The translations under genes and the position numbers were made by a program. The notes under the pieces were generated by a model. The model was not told the origin of the DNA, searched no databases, and saw only the letters and a list, made by a program, of their open reading frames with translations. Below, piece after piece: positions 1 through 9,167 of a stretch of 64,000 bases of DNA. Numbering within the stretch: position 1 is the stretch's first letter; each line of letters opens with the position of its first letter. Origin of the DNA: a virus. Where the stretch lies: the IMG/VR virus record IMGVR_UViG_3300007512_001547, positions 32,001 through 96,000 of that record. One strand, 5' to 3'.

Positions 1-1
1 G

Positions 2-508
2 TATAAAGGTAATCCAGAAGGACTTACAAAATTAATTAATAGATTTTTAACTAGGATGACCAATGTTATTATTGCTAACGGCGGCACAATAGATAAATTT
101 ATGGGCGACTGTATAATGGCATTTTGGAATGCTCCACTTGATGTACCAAATCATCAAGTATTAGCAATACAAACTGCTCTACAAATGCAAACCGAATTAG
201 CAAAATTAAATAAAGAATTAGAAGCTGAAGGATTACCAAACATTAACATAGGCATAGGAATCAACACAGGTGAAGCACTTGTAGGCAACATGGGTTCTGA
301 TCAAAGATTTGATTATTCTGTAATAGGTGACTCTGTTAACCTTGCATCACGTTTAGAAAGCTCTAGTAAAACATTAGGAAAAACTTTAGTAATTTCAGAC
401 AATACAGTGCAAGATATTTACGAAGGTGTATTTCCGTTTGAGTATATTGACCATATTACAGTCAAAGGCAAAACAGAAGAAATCAAAGTGTATACAATCA
501 AAAGTTAA
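2..508 (+). CDS. Class III adenylate cyclase, C-terminal catalytic part (5'-truncated by window edge)
   Basis: Frame is open from base 2. Motifs KFMGDCIMAFW, GIGINTGEALVGNMGS, DYSVIGDSVNLASRLE, VKGK. The K and D specificity residues indicate ATP as substrate. Confidence 0.9.
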   Translation, partial: YKGNPEGLTKLINRFLTRMTNVIIANGGTIDKFMGDCIMAFWNAPLDVPNHQVLAIQTALQMQTELAKLNKELEAEGLPNINIGIGINTGEALVGNMGSDQRFDYSVIGDSVNLASRLESSSKTLGKTLVISDNTVQDIYEGVFPFEYIDHITVKGKTEEIKVYTIKS

Positions 509-511
509 ATA
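506..511 (+). promoter_or_regulatory. Late promoter TAAATA
   Basis: TAAATA 8 nt upstream of ATG 520; the same motif recurs before many genes in the window. Confidence 0.6.
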
Positions 512-519
512 CACACATA

Positions 520-801
520 ATGAATCAATTTTTTAGTCTAGTAGCAGAATTAGGATTACCAATTGCCGCAACAGTGGGAATGGGTGTATTCATACTGTTC
601 ATAATCAAATATATTTTAAACGGTATTGTAAATTCAATTAAATTTATTGAAAGTGTTATATCTCAACTTGATAACAGAGTAAAAACAATGAACAACGATA
701 TTATAAAAATTGATCAAGAAGTGTCAGAGCAACTAGGCATACCTGTAGACACAGACAGAGTGGCTAGGGCAGACGGCAAAGTAGATGCGAGGAAAGACTA
801 A
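520..801 (+). CDS. Small single-TM membrane protein
   Basis: Hydrophobic LPIAATVGMGVFILFII followed by a coiled-coil; resembles the next gene (DNRVKTMNNDII vs DRVRMLDNDLI). Confidence 0.65.
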   Translation: MNQFFSLVAELGLPIAATVGMGVFILFIIKYILNGIVNSIKFIESVISQLDNRVKTMNNDIIKIDQEVSEQLGIPVDTDRVARADGKVDARKD

Positions 802-1049
802 TGGACGTTGTAAGCAAAACAATGACAGTAACGACAATCATACAGGACTATGGGTTCCCCACTGTCGCTGTGTTCTTCCTTGCATATTTTATATGGTTCC
901 TTTGGAAATACATTACAAACGAAATTACTCCAAAATTAAATTCCACATCAGCAACACTTATCAAACTCATTGATAGAGTACGTATGCTGGACAATGACCT
1001 TATTCGACTACAGGCTAAAGTGAGAACTGTTAGCAAAAAGAAGAAGTAG
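801..1049 (+). CDS. Small single-TM membrane protein, paralog-like to upstream gene
   Basis: GFPTVAVFFLAYFIWFLW TM segment, basic C-terminus, TAATG stop/start overlap. Confidence 0.65.
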   Translation: MDVVSKTMTVTTIIQDYGFPTVAVFFLAYFIWFLWKYITNEITPKLNSTSATLIKLIDRVRMLDNDLIRLQAKVRTVSKKKK

Positions 1050-1118
1050 TCTTATAACTTCTAATAGCAGATTACTTACAATTCACAACACGTAAATAAA
1101 TTTGGTCGGGAGAGAAAA

Positions 1119-1370
1119 ATGAATTTCATAATGGTAATAATAATATGTCTTGGTGCGAATTGCCAAGCAATTTGGGACAAGCAACAATATTCAACTATTA
1201 ACGATTGCCTTGTGGCATCAGGACCTGTTAAAGAATATATGATGCAGGTTTATCCAACTTCGGCTGGCCAAATATACTGCATGGACGAACAACAATTTAA
1301 AAATTACCAAGAATATATAGAAAATGGTGGTAAACCTACCATAGAAGAATATAACAAACCATCATCTTAA
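1119..1370 (+). CDS. Hypothetical secreted/membrane protein with 4 Cys
   Basis: N-terminal hydrophobic stretch; TAAATA at 1093-1098; GGAGAG RBS. Confidence 0.55.
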   Translation: MNFIMVIIICLGANCQAIWDKQQYSTINDCLVASGPVKEYMMQVYPTSAGQIYCMDEQQFKNYQEYIENGGKPTIEEYNKPSS

Positions 1371-1399
1371 TTGACAGATTTTGGTTTTCGCAGTAAAAT
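1371..1399 (+). promoter_or_regulatory. Sigma70-like promoter
   Basis: TTGACA(1371-1376)-17 nt-TAAAAT(1394-1399); ATG at 1405. Confidence 0.7.
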
Positions 1400-1404
1400 A
1401 AACT

Positions 1405-1728
1405 ATGGAAAGTAAAATCAGAAGAAGTCTGGTTAAAACCTTGACTTGGAGAATCCTTGCGACTACTGATACATTTTTAATCAGTTGGATAATTACAGGT
1501 TACTTAACACTAGCCGGTGCCATTGCAGGTATTGAGGTAATAACAAAAATGTTTTTATATTATGCTCACGAAAGAGGTTGGAGCAAAATTAAATGGGGTT
1601 ACATAGGACCTGAGGAACACACTCATATATTTCCTTTTGCAGAAGATTGGAAACCTATAAAATACGATTTTAGAGATAAAAATACTCATATAAAATATGA
1701 TTTTAGAGATAAAAAAAACGATGAGTAA
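1405..1728 (+). CDS. DUF2061-like membrane protein
   Basis: RSLVKTLTWRILAT...LYYAHERGWSKIKWG pattern. Confidence 0.75.
   Translation: MESKIRRSLVKTLTWRILATTDTFLISWIITGYLTLAGAIAGIEVITKMFLYYAHERGWSKIKWGYIGPEEHTHIFPFAEDWKPIKYDFRDKNTHIKYDFRDKKNDE
1656..1715 (+). repeat. Tandem duplication, 33 bp period
   Basis: tataaaatacgattttagagataaaaa at 1656 and tataaaatatgattttagagataaaaa at 1689 (1 mismatch); encodes IKYDFRDK twice. Confidence 0.9.
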
Positions 1729-1891
1729 CTATATTAAAAGTTTAGCAAGTTTTTTATTCAATAAAATGAATAATTATCAAAATGATAACAAAGTAAGAAA
1801 AGAAAAACCAATGCTTTGGCCTTCTGGAATATATTTCACAGAAAAAAATATAGAAAATTGGATAAAAGAACACGATAAAAAAAATGACTAA
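1721..1891 (+). CDS. Hypothetical protein
   Basis: ATG 1721 overlaps the upstream stop region; operon packing. Confidence 0.45.
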   Translation: MSNYIKSLASFLFNKMNNYQNDNKVRKEKPMLWPSGIYFTEKNIENWIKEHDKKND

Positions 1892-2075
1892 ATGTTGGGA
1901 ATTTAAATTGAAACTAGAAAAGAAAACTATTAAAACTTTTGTTTATAGTAATGATGGAAAAGATATTGAATTAAGATTTCCTAATAACAAGGTTACTAAT
2001 ATAAAAGAGATTGACGATCCATTAAAAGATGTTTCTTGGACTGGGTGGAAACCAAAGAAAAAGGAATACACATGA
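1884..2075 (+). CDS. Hypothetical protein
   Basis: Overlapping operon packing. Confidence 0.5.
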   Translation: MTKCWEFKLKLEKKTIKTFVYSNDGKDIELRFPNNKVTNIKEIDDPLKDVSWTGWKPKKKEYT

Positions 2076-2605
2076 TCCACGCAATGATAGACTTAGAAAC
2101 GTTAAGCACAAATCCTGATGCAGTAATTTTAACTGTTGGTGGTGTTAAATTTGATCCATGCACTCACGCAGAACCATCACAAGGAATGTATTTTAGAGTT
2201 GACGTAGATTCACAAACTGCAAAAGGCAGAGAAGTAATGCAAGAAACATTAGACTGGTGGAGTACGCAACCAAAAGAAATATCCGATGAAGCACTAGGTG
2301 ACAAAGATAGAATTAGTTTAGAAGAAATGATTAAAACTATTAACAAATGGTCTGTTGGCGTTGATGTATTTTGGTGTCAAGGCCCATTATTTGATTATGC
2401 TATACTACAAAATTTATATAAACAATTAGGTCATCCAGTTCCATGGCAATACTGGCAAATACGAGATTCGCGAACTTTGTTTAGTCTAGTACCACGTGAT
2501 TTAAATGAAAAGAGAACTGGACTACACAACGCATTAGAAGATTGTTACTTTCAAGCAAAGAAAGTACAAAAAGTATATAAACAATTAGGAATTAAAAATG
2601 TATAA
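2072..2605 (+). CDS. DEDDh 3'-5' exonuclease (T4 DexA/Rv2179c-like)
   Basis: MIDLETL, FDYAIL, IRDSRT, HNALEDC; AAGGA RBS before ATG 2072. Confidence 0.85.
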   Translation: MIHAMIDLETLSTNPDAVILTVGGVKFDPCTHAEPSQGMYFRVDVDSQTAKGREVMQETLDWWSTQPKEISDEALGDKDRISLEEMIKTINKWSVGVDVFWCQGPLFDYAILQNLYKQLGHPVPWQYWQIRDSRTLFSLVPRDLNEKRTGLHNALEDCYFQAKKVQKVYKQLGIKNV

Positions 2606-2918
2606 ACCTCTTCCAGATGGAATTACAATTAAATATTCTAAAATACAAGGCTTAGGTTTATATGCTACAAAAGATTTTCCAAAAGATACAGTATTTGGAA
2701 TTGTACATATTAAAAATAAAAATTTTCCACATGGTCATATAAGAACAGCTTTAGGTGCATTTTATAATCATTCAGAAAACCCAAATTGTAAAACATATCA
2801 AGGATTTTGGCATCAATTGCCAGTAGTATATCTTATGTCAATTAAAGACATTAAAGCAAATGATGAATTAGTTGCCAAATATACATTATACATGGATTTT
2901 GATGACGACGGAAATTAA
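2598..2918 (+). CDS. SET-domain protein (putative lysine methyltransferase)
   Basis: SKIQGLGLYATKD, GAFYNHSENPNC and DIKANDELVAKY SET signatures. Confidence 0.8.
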   Translation: MYKPLPDGITIKYSKIQGLGLYATKDFPKDTVFGIVHIKNKNFPHGHIRTALGAFYNHSENPNCKTYQGFWHQLPVVYLMSIKDIKANDELVAKYTLYMDFDDDGN

Positions 2919-3273
2919 TTGGTATTCTATTGAGGATTTATACACAATAGAAAAATATAAAATACGACACAATAAAAATCCAGTTACTAAATGGATCAAA
3001 TTACCTTGTGTGTATAAAATAAAAATTAATAATAAAATTGTACACGTAGGGAGATCAGACACTTGTAAAAAACATGGTGGTGCTGAAAAAGTAAGAAAGG
3101 CGTTGGTTAACCTATTAAATGTTTTAGGACACAATCCAAGTGTTACAAAAACCAAATATTGGGGAAAAATTAGATTGCAACATAAACCAAATTCTAGTAA
3201 TATTAAAATAGGAATCATAAAAACTAATGCCATCAAAAAAACCTACATACAAGAAACCCAGAGAAGTAATTGA
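2902..3273 (+). CDS. GIY-YIG-like nuclease-domain protein
   Basis: PCVYKIKINNKIVHVGRS resembles the GIY-x-YIG motif pair. Confidence 0.45.
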   Translation: MTTEINWYSIEDLYTIEKYKIRHNKNPVTKWIKLPCVYKIKINNKIVHVGRSDTCKKHGGAEKVRKALVNLLNVLGHNPSVTKTKYWGKIRLQHKPNSSNIKIGIIKTNAIKKTYIQETQRSN

Positions 3274-3640
3274 ATACTACGAAGAATGTACTTGGCTTAA
3301 TCCAACGAACGTACCACCAATGTTTCAAAATGAGAAAGTTTCTGTATTTTACGACAAATATCCTGTTGTAAAAGGACATTTATTGTTTGTTCCAAAAAAA
3401 AATGATATTGAACACGTAGGTGAAGCATACAAACTTGCTTTTTATTGTGGGGAACAATGGATTAAAGAAAAGAAAATGGATGGTTTTAATATTGGACAAA
3501 ATATAGGTAAGGCGGCGGGTCAATCTATTATGTGGCCACACGTACATTTTATTCCTAGACGCAATGGAGACTGTGATAAAAATACAAATAACGGAATTAG
3601 ACTATCTCATCCTAAAGGTGACCACAAGGAATATTATTAA
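3227..3640 (+). CDS. HIT family nucleotide hydrolase
   Basis: DKYPVVKGHLLFVPK, GFNIGQNIGKAAGQSIMWPHVHFIPR. Confidence 0.85.
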   Translation: MPSKKPTYKKPREVIEYYEECTWLNPTNVPPMFQNEKVSVFYDKYPVVKGHLLFVPKKNDIEHVGEAYKLAFYCGEQWIKEKKMDGFNIGQNIGKAAGQSIMWPHVHFIPRRNGDCDKNTNNGIRLSHPKGDHKEYY

Positions 3641-3873
3641 TGGCAATTTATATTTCACCAGATGGAGGAGAAACTGTGTACAGACAAAAAAAAGATGGTA
3701 CTCGAGGCAAACTTGTTTCACAATCACAGTATGCTAAAGATATAGAAAAAGAAATCGACGAAGCAGAAATGGTTGGCAGAGAAGCAATCAAACTAAGACG
3801 TAAGTATCCTACCCTACAAAAAGCATGGGATAGATATGTTACCATATGGCATTTAATTAACGATAATGAGTAG
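3640..3873 (+). CDS. Conserved phage hypothetical protein
   Basis: IYISPDGGETVY...YPTLQKAW pattern; operon packing. Confidence 0.55.
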   Translation: MAIYISPDGGETVYRQKKDGTRGKLVSQSQYAKDIEKEIDEAEMVGREAIKLRRKYPTLQKAWDRYVTIWHLINDNE

Positions 3874-3953
3874 TAATACACATATGCCCAAAAACAATTT
3901 TACCATGCGTATACGTGGCTCTATGTGCGTTTAAAGGGGTATTAAATAGTAGT

Positions 3954-4586
3954 ATGACCAAGTATGTTTCTATAATAGGCAATGGTGAATCACGAAGAGG
4001 ATTTGATATAAGTCCTTTAAAAGACTTCTCAACTGTGGTTGGCTGTAATGCTTTATACAGAGATTATATGCTTGAATATGTTGTATGTTGCGATAAACAT
4101 ATGTGCCAAGAGGCCGCAAATACAGTCAGTAAAAATACAAATATTTTTACCAGAGATAGATGGTTTAAACAATTTCAATTTTGGCCAAATGTAAAAAGAT
4201 TACCAGAATTACCTTACGAAGGAGACAAAAGACAAGACGATCCTTTTCATTGGGGGACTGGACCTTATGCAGGAGTGTTAGCATTAACTTTTAAACCAAA
4301 AGCAATTTTCATGTTAGGGTTTGATCTCTACGACCGAAATAAAAAAATTAATAATATGTACACAGGTTCACATGGATACACTTATATTAAAAGACCTGTA
4401 GATCCATCTTATTGGATATATCAATTTGATAAATTAATGAAATTATCACCTGACGTACGATGGATTGTGGTAAATGAAGAAAATTGGAAAATGCCAAAGG
4501 AATGGAAAGCACATAAAAACGTTTTCCAAGAATCATATGAAGGCATGGCTAAATTTATTAATAAGCAGTTGACAAAATCTAAATAA
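3954..4586 (+). CDS. DUF115/MptE-like or sialyltransferase-fold protein (IIGNGESR family), paralog 1
   Basis: IIGNGESR, VGCNALYRD, WGTG, MLGFDL; TAAATA at 3943-3948 supports start at 3954. Confidence 0.55.
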   Translation: MTKYVSIIGNGESRRGFDISPLKDFSTVVGCNALYRDYMLEYVVCCDKHMCQEAANTVSKNTNIFTRDRWFKQFQFWPNVKRLPELPYEGDKRQDDPFHWGTGPYAGVLALTFKPKAIFMLGFDLYDRNKKINNMYTGSHGYTYIKRPVDPSYWIYQFDKLMKLSPDVRWIVVNEENWKMPKEWKAHKNVFQESYEGMAKFINKQLTKSK

Positions 4587-4596
4587 CGTTTATACT
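4569..4596 (+). promoter_or_regulatory. Sigma70-like promoter with a TAAATA late motif inside the spacer
   Basis: TTGACA(4569)-16 nt-TATACT(4591); TAAATA at 4580-4585; ATG 4603. Confidence 0.6.
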
Positions 4597-4602
4597 AATA
4601 CT

Positions 4603-4908
4603 ATGTTTAATAATTTTAAAGAAGGAAATCTTGTTACTTTAAAACTTACATCAGGTGAAGAAGTAATTGCAAAATTTAAATTACTTAATGATGATTATAT
4701 TAGCATTGAGAAAGCACTAGTATTAATGCAAGGACCACAAGGATTGGCATTTGGAACATTTTTTTCAACTGCTGAACAAACAGAACCTATTAATATTGCT
4801 AAAGATAAAGTTACATCTATTGCAAACATTAATGATAAAATTAAAACAGAATATGAAAGAATATTTTCTACAGTGAAAATGCCTGACAAACCAAAAATTA
4901 TAGTATAA
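4603..4908 (+). CDS. Small Sm-like-fold phage protein
   Basis: VTLKLTSGEEVIAK...KPKII pattern typical of T4-like marine phages. Confidence 0.5.
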   Translation: MFNNFKEGNLVTLKLTSGEEVIAKFKLLNDDYISIEKALVLMQGPQGLAFGTFFSTAEQTEPINIAKDKVTSIANINDKIKTEYERIFSTVKMPDKPKIIV

Positions 4909-5165
4909 TGACACATTTTGACAAACATAGTAAAAGTATTAAAGCATTACTTGATGTTACAGAAGCGATGCTTCATGCAATGGAAAAACACGATGTTGAC
5001 CCTGAATCTGTTGCAAACAGACCTGAATTTTCTGTATTAATTCACTTCTTAAAATCTATTCTAGATGGTGAATTAAATATACCAAACGAACTTACTGACA
5101 GCATACGAAACAAATCTGAAGAATTAGGACTTGATTTTGAAAAATTTAAAAGGAGATTACACTAA
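4908..5165 (+). CDS. Hypothetical protein
   Basis: TAATG overlap with both neighbours. Confidence 0.55.
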   Translation: MTHFDKHSKSIKALLDVTEAMLHAMEKHDVDPESVANRPEFSVLIHFLKSILDGELNIPNELTDSIRNKSEELGLDFEKFKRRLH

Positions 5166-5665
5166 TGGCTGACGATTATGATAATGTAACAGAAGAATGT
5201 TTTACATCAACAAAAAGTTTTTGGAACTTTCCTTGTGCTCATAGACAATATAGACACGATGGCAATTGCCATTTAATTCATGGATACAGCAGAAGTTTTC
5301 ACTTTGTATTTGGTTGTAAAAGTTTTACTAAAGAAGGTTTTGTAGTTGATTATGGCGATCTAAAAGATGTAAAAGCACATTTAGATCATATGTATGACCA
5401 TACATTGGTGCTTGATGAAGAAGATCCATATATGGATACTTTTAAAAAATTAGAACAAGCAGGTGTATGCAGAATTAGAACTCATCCCATGGGGCCTGGC
5501 ATGGAAGGTACCGCACATTATCTTTGTGAATGGGCAGACAAACTTTTACGTGAAAAATCTCGTGGACGTGCTTGGGTTATTAGTGTTGAGGCTAGAGAGA
5601 ATGACAAAAATAGCTCAATCTATACAAACCCAAATGCAGGATTCAAGGGATGGACAAACACATAA
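5165..5665 (+). CDS. queD: 6-carboxytetrahydropterin synthase (QueD/PTPS family)
   Basis: CAHRQ, CHLIHGY, VVDYGDLK, DHTLVLD, GMEG, VEARE T-fold motifs. Confidence 0.8.
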   Translation: MADDYDNVTEECFTSTKSFWNFPCAHRQYRHDGNCHLIHGYSRSFHFVFGCKSFTKEGFVVDYGDLKDVKAHLDHMYDHTLVLDEEDPYMDTFKKLEQAGVCRIRTHPMGPGMEGTAHYLCEWADKLLREKSRGRAWVISVEARENDKNSSIYTNPNAGFKGWTNT

Positions 5666-6792
5666 CAGATAATTTCCTATATGAAAACATTGTTATTCGA
5701 CTTAACAATAAACAGTTAAGAATAAACATCTACGATACACCATTAGGCAAAAGATGGTTAGAAGCATTAAGAGATAATCTAAAACAAAAAAGAATATTAG
5801 AAAAAAACTTCTGCTTTTTAGGCTGGGCAGATTCCAAAAGAGATTTAACTTATCTTTGCGAAGAATTAAACAAAAATATAGCACAAATTAATTCATTTAA
5901 TTTTAACCCACCATATCCTAAATTAAAAACTTTCACAAACGAAGATTTTCAATATTCGGATAAGTTACCAATTGGCTACATGATAGATAATGATCCAATG
6001 AAAACTCCAGGTTTAAGATTAAAACACGATGCTTGTAATTTATTACATCGTTACTTTGAAGAACTACAAGGTACTGCTTGGAACCTTTCAACATGGTACA
6101 AACAAGCAGACAATGATACAAAATATGCAATAAGACAATTAAATATTTTATGTCACGAAATAGAAAGTTGGGTTCATGCCTATAGAAAAAGTAAGATCGA
6201 ACCTGAATGGATGAGATGCAGTCAAATTACAACTTTTTTAAATGCACCAAGATATGATTTACATGAAGAAGATTATGAATTATTCAAACAAAACAGATAT
6301 GATAGAGAATTAGGGGGAGTATATCTACATTGGAGTCAGGTAGGAAAAACACTTTACGAAGTTTGGAGAGATGAAGATGCACCAGAAATGGATGAAACAA
6401 CCTGTTCTGCTATAAATCACCAAAAATATTATAGTGGAGAGTTTGATATTGATTGGGGACAAACAATTACTGAAGATACTTTTGATTGGAAAAAAGGAGA
6501 GATGGACAATTATAAAAATTGGTTAAAAGAAAATAATTACGATTGGGGAGATCCCAAATTATCACTTGGCTATATTAAATTAGGACAGGTAGATATGAAA
6601 CTGGCATTTCAAAATAAACCTTTTCTGGAAGTTTACAAACAAATGAAAAATAATTTAAATATAAAAAGTATCCATATCATTGGTTCATATACGACAGAAT
6701 GTGAATATCCATACACACTAGATAATGACGATTGGAAACAAAGACAAATGGAAGGATTAAAACGAGGTTATGAATCATATAGTATGCGTTAA
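5650..6792 (+). CDS. Hypothetical protein, 380 aa
   Basis: Long ORF in operon; no catalytic motif recognised. Confidence 0.6.
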   Translation: MDKHITDNFLYENIVIRLNNKQLRINIYDTPLGKRWLEALRDNLKQKRILEKNFCFLGWADSKRDLTYLCEELNKNIAQINSFNFNPPYPKLKTFTNEDFQYSDKLPIGYMIDNDPMKTPGLRLKHDACNLLHRYFEELQGTAWNLSTWYKQADNDTKYAIRQLNILCHEIESWVHAYRKSKIEPEWMRCSQITTFLNAPRYDLHEEDYELFKQNRYDRELGGVYLHWSQVGKTLYEVWRDEDAPEMDETTCSAINHQKYYSGEFDIDWGQTITEDTFDWKKGEMDNYKNWLKENNYDWGDPKLSLGYIKLGQVDMKLAFQNKPFLEVYKQMKNNLNIKSIHIIGSYTTECEYPYTLDNDDWKQRQMEGLKRGYESYSMR

Positions 6793-7465
6793 ATGGGGTA
6801 ACAAATACATTTCACAATATGTAAATGTACTTTATAATATGGTTAAAAGGAATACTACCGTGCCTTTTGAATTTCACTGTATTACTGACGATATCAAAGG
6901 ATTAGATCCACATATCAAAACAATAAAACTGCCAAATGACCCATGGATTAAAACATGGTGGAGTAAGTTATGGATGTTTGGTGGACATTTTCCATTACAA
7001 GGCAATATATTATATTTTGATTTAGATGTAATTGTTTTTAAAAATATTGACGAATTATTCAATTATAATCCAGACAAGTTTATGATTATTAGAGATTTCA
7101 ATAGATGTAGAATTAAAGATTGGAAATTATGCAATTCAAGTGTAATGAGATGGAAAACAGGTACTGTAAATTACCTATGGGATGACTTCGTTTCTAAACC
7201 TAATGTAGTAATGGGAGACAACCATGGAGATCAAGATTGGATTACTAAAAGAGCAAAACAAGATACAAACCACTGGCCAGATGATTGGATACGTTCTTAT
7301 AAATGGGAAATGATTGGTTACAAAGACACAAAAGCAAGACGTGGACCAAAACTTATATTTGACCGACCTCCAAAAATTATAGAAGCAAACAAAGTAGCAG
7401 TTTTTCATGGTGAACCTAAACCGTTTAACTGTGGAGATGCTTTTGTTGAGGAAAATTGGAAATGA
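6770..7465 (+). CDS. GT-A fold glycosyltransferase (GT8-like)
   Basis: CVKWGNKY, LYFDLDVIV (DxD), NSSVM, GDQDWI, FHGEPKP. Confidence 0.8.
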   Translation: MNHIVCVKWGNKYISQYVNVLYNMVKRNTTVPFEFHCITDDIKGLDPHIKTIKLPNDPWIKTWWSKLWMFGGHFPLQGNILYFDLDVIVFKNIDELFNYNPDKFMIIRDFNRCRIKDWKLCNSSVMRWKTGTVNYLWDDFVSKPNVVMGDNHGDQDWITKRAKQDTNHWPDDWIRSYKWEMIGYKDTKARRGPKLIFDRPPKIIEANKVAVFHGEPKPFNCGDAFVEENWK

Positions 7466-7776
7466 AAAAGTTTGGTAAAGTAAAAATAGCAAGTATGAAA
7501 CCATTAGAGGAGATTCCTGACGACTGTGGTTATGAAAAAAGATTCAAATACGATATTGATATGCAATCAAATGGCATAATGGGTGAATGTATAGAATGGT
7601 GTCAAATTAATTGTAAAAAGAAATGGGGTTGGTGGTTTGAGGGGCCTGATTTAACTAATCCCTATAATCATAATTGGGAAAATCAAAACAGTTATATGAG
7701 TTTTGAAAATAAAAGAGAAGCTATGGCATTCTTTTTGGCCATCGGAATACAAAATATGGGAGATACAAACAAATAA
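7462..7776 (+). CDS. Hypothetical protein
   Basis: CIEWCQINCKKKWGWWF; operon packing. Confidence 0.55.
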   Translation: MKKFGKVKIASMKPLEEIPDDCGYEKRFKYDIDMQSNGIMGECIEWCQINCKKKWGWWFEGPDLTNPYNHNWENQNSYMSFENKREAMAFFLAIGIQNMGDTNK

Positions 7777-7784
7777 ATATTAAT

Positions 7785-8120
7785 ATGAAATGGTTTGATA
7801 TAACAGATTCAGCAAAAGCACAAATGGAAAAATTGCTTTCTAAAAATCCTGGCAAGTATGCTGTAAGTTTGGCAGTATTAGGAGGAGGATGTGCAGGTTT
7901 CAAATACGATTGGGGATTTATTGATTCTAAAGATAAAGTAGGCTCCGAAGACATCACTGAAGATTGGGGTACTGGTCGTTTTGTTGTTGATGAAACTTCT
8001 ATGCTCTATATTGCAGGCACAAAAATTGATTGGATAGAAGAAACATTTGGTTCTCAATTTGAAATTGTCAATCCAAACAGTTCAAGCTCTTGTGGATGTG
8101 GAGAAAGTTTTGGTGTCTAA
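7785..8120 (+). CDS. HesB/IscA/ErpA Fe-S cluster carrier
   Basis: GGGCAGFKY, NPNSSSSCGCGESF; TAAATA at 7774-7779. Confidence 0.92.
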   Translation: MKWFDITDSAKAQMEKLLSKNPGKYAVSLAVLGGGCAGFKYDWGFIDSKDKVGSEDITEDWGTGRFVVDETSMLYIAGTKIDWIEETFGSQFEIVNPNSSSSCGCGESFGV

Positions 8121-8890
8121 TGGACACAGCATTCATAATAGGTAATGGCGAGTCAAGAAATATATTTCCAATAAAAGATTTAAAAAATAAAGGCATAATA
8201 TATGGTTGTAATGCCATATACAGAGACTATCCTGAACTATGTGATCATATTGTAGCAGTTAATCCACCAATGTATGAAGAATTAAAACAATGGTATGATG
8301 AAACAAATCCTAATCTAAAAATACACGGACTTGATGACATATCCAAATGGAATTATCTATGCGATGGAGACTCACAAGCCAATTTCTCTCCAAATGCAGG
8401 TATACCAATAGGTTTAAAACTTTATAGAGTTTGGCGAGGAGGTGACATTAAAAAAGGTAATGAAATTAGAACAATTGATTTTACTGAATCAAAAGGATCT
8501 GGTACTTCAGCAATATTACTAGCCGTAGAATCAGGTATTAAAAATATAGTAATATTGGCGTTTGACATACTAGGTTCAAGACAATGGGAATTTAGCAAAA
8601 GAGGAGAACATAGCAGAGAACAAAATAATATGTACAAAAATACAACAAATTATCCTTCAAGAATCAACATGAAAGCCTATCTCAAATATGAATGGCTATT
8701 TCAATTAAGACAAACATTCCGTAAACATCCAAATACAAATTTTTATTTTATTAATCGTAGAGAATACCTAGATGGTAATCATTTTTTAAGATCTTACTTT
8801 GATCAACCTAATATTAAAGTTGGAATTTATGCAGATTTAAGACGTTGGGTAGACGGAGATCGTGATAAAATTAATTGGCGGAAATTATAA
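8120..8890 (+). CDS. DUF115/MptE-like or sialyltransferase-fold protein (IIGNGESR family), paralog 2
   Basis: IIGNGESR, YGCNAIYRD, GSGTSA, ILAFDI; clearly similar to 3954-4586. Confidence 0.55.
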   Translation: MDTAFIIGNGESRNIFPIKDLKNKGIIYGCNAIYRDYPELCDHIVAVNPPMYEELKQWYDETNPNLKIHGLDDISKWNYLCDGDSQANFSPNAGIPIGLKLYRVWRGGDIKKGNEIRTIDFTESKGSGTSAILLAVESGIKNIVILAFDILGSRQWEFSKRGEHSREQNNMYKNTTNYPSRINMKAYLKYEWLFQLRQTFRKHPNTNFYFINRREYLDGNHFLRSYFDQPNIKVGIYADLRRWVDGDRDKINWRKL

Positions 8891-9163
8891 AGTAACTGTA
8901 CTCGAAGCATCAAGTTTGTAAATCTTACGCATTTTAATACCTACTTTTTGAGCAAATTTCTTGCTATCACAATACGAACAAACGTGTTTATAATCATTAC
9001 TTGCTCTATCTGGATCTACTTGTGACCTAGGTCTTAAAAATGTTACTCCACACGAATCACATTTAAAATAATATATGGTATTTTTTCTATGAAACGTATG
9101 ATATACGCCTAATTTACTTTGACGTTCATACAATCTCATCGTTTTCAACGTTTCTATGAACAT
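8885..9163 (-). CDS. Zn-ribbon protein (92 aa), the only credible minus-strand gene
   Basis: CDSC and CSYC pairs; on the minus strand TAAATA lies 5 nt before the ATG at 9163. Confidence 0.7.
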   Translation of the reverse strand: MFIETLKTMRLYERQSKLGVYHTFHRKNTIYYFKCDSCGVTFLRPRSQVDPDRASNDYKHVCSYCDSKKFAQKVGIKMRKIYKLDASSTVTL

Positions 9164-9167
9164 ATAA

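Noticed and set aside
3874-3953. Imperfect palindrome CCATGCGTATACGTGG as a structured RNA or terminator
   Set aside because: Short and bulged, with no U-tract or second copy; not enough support.
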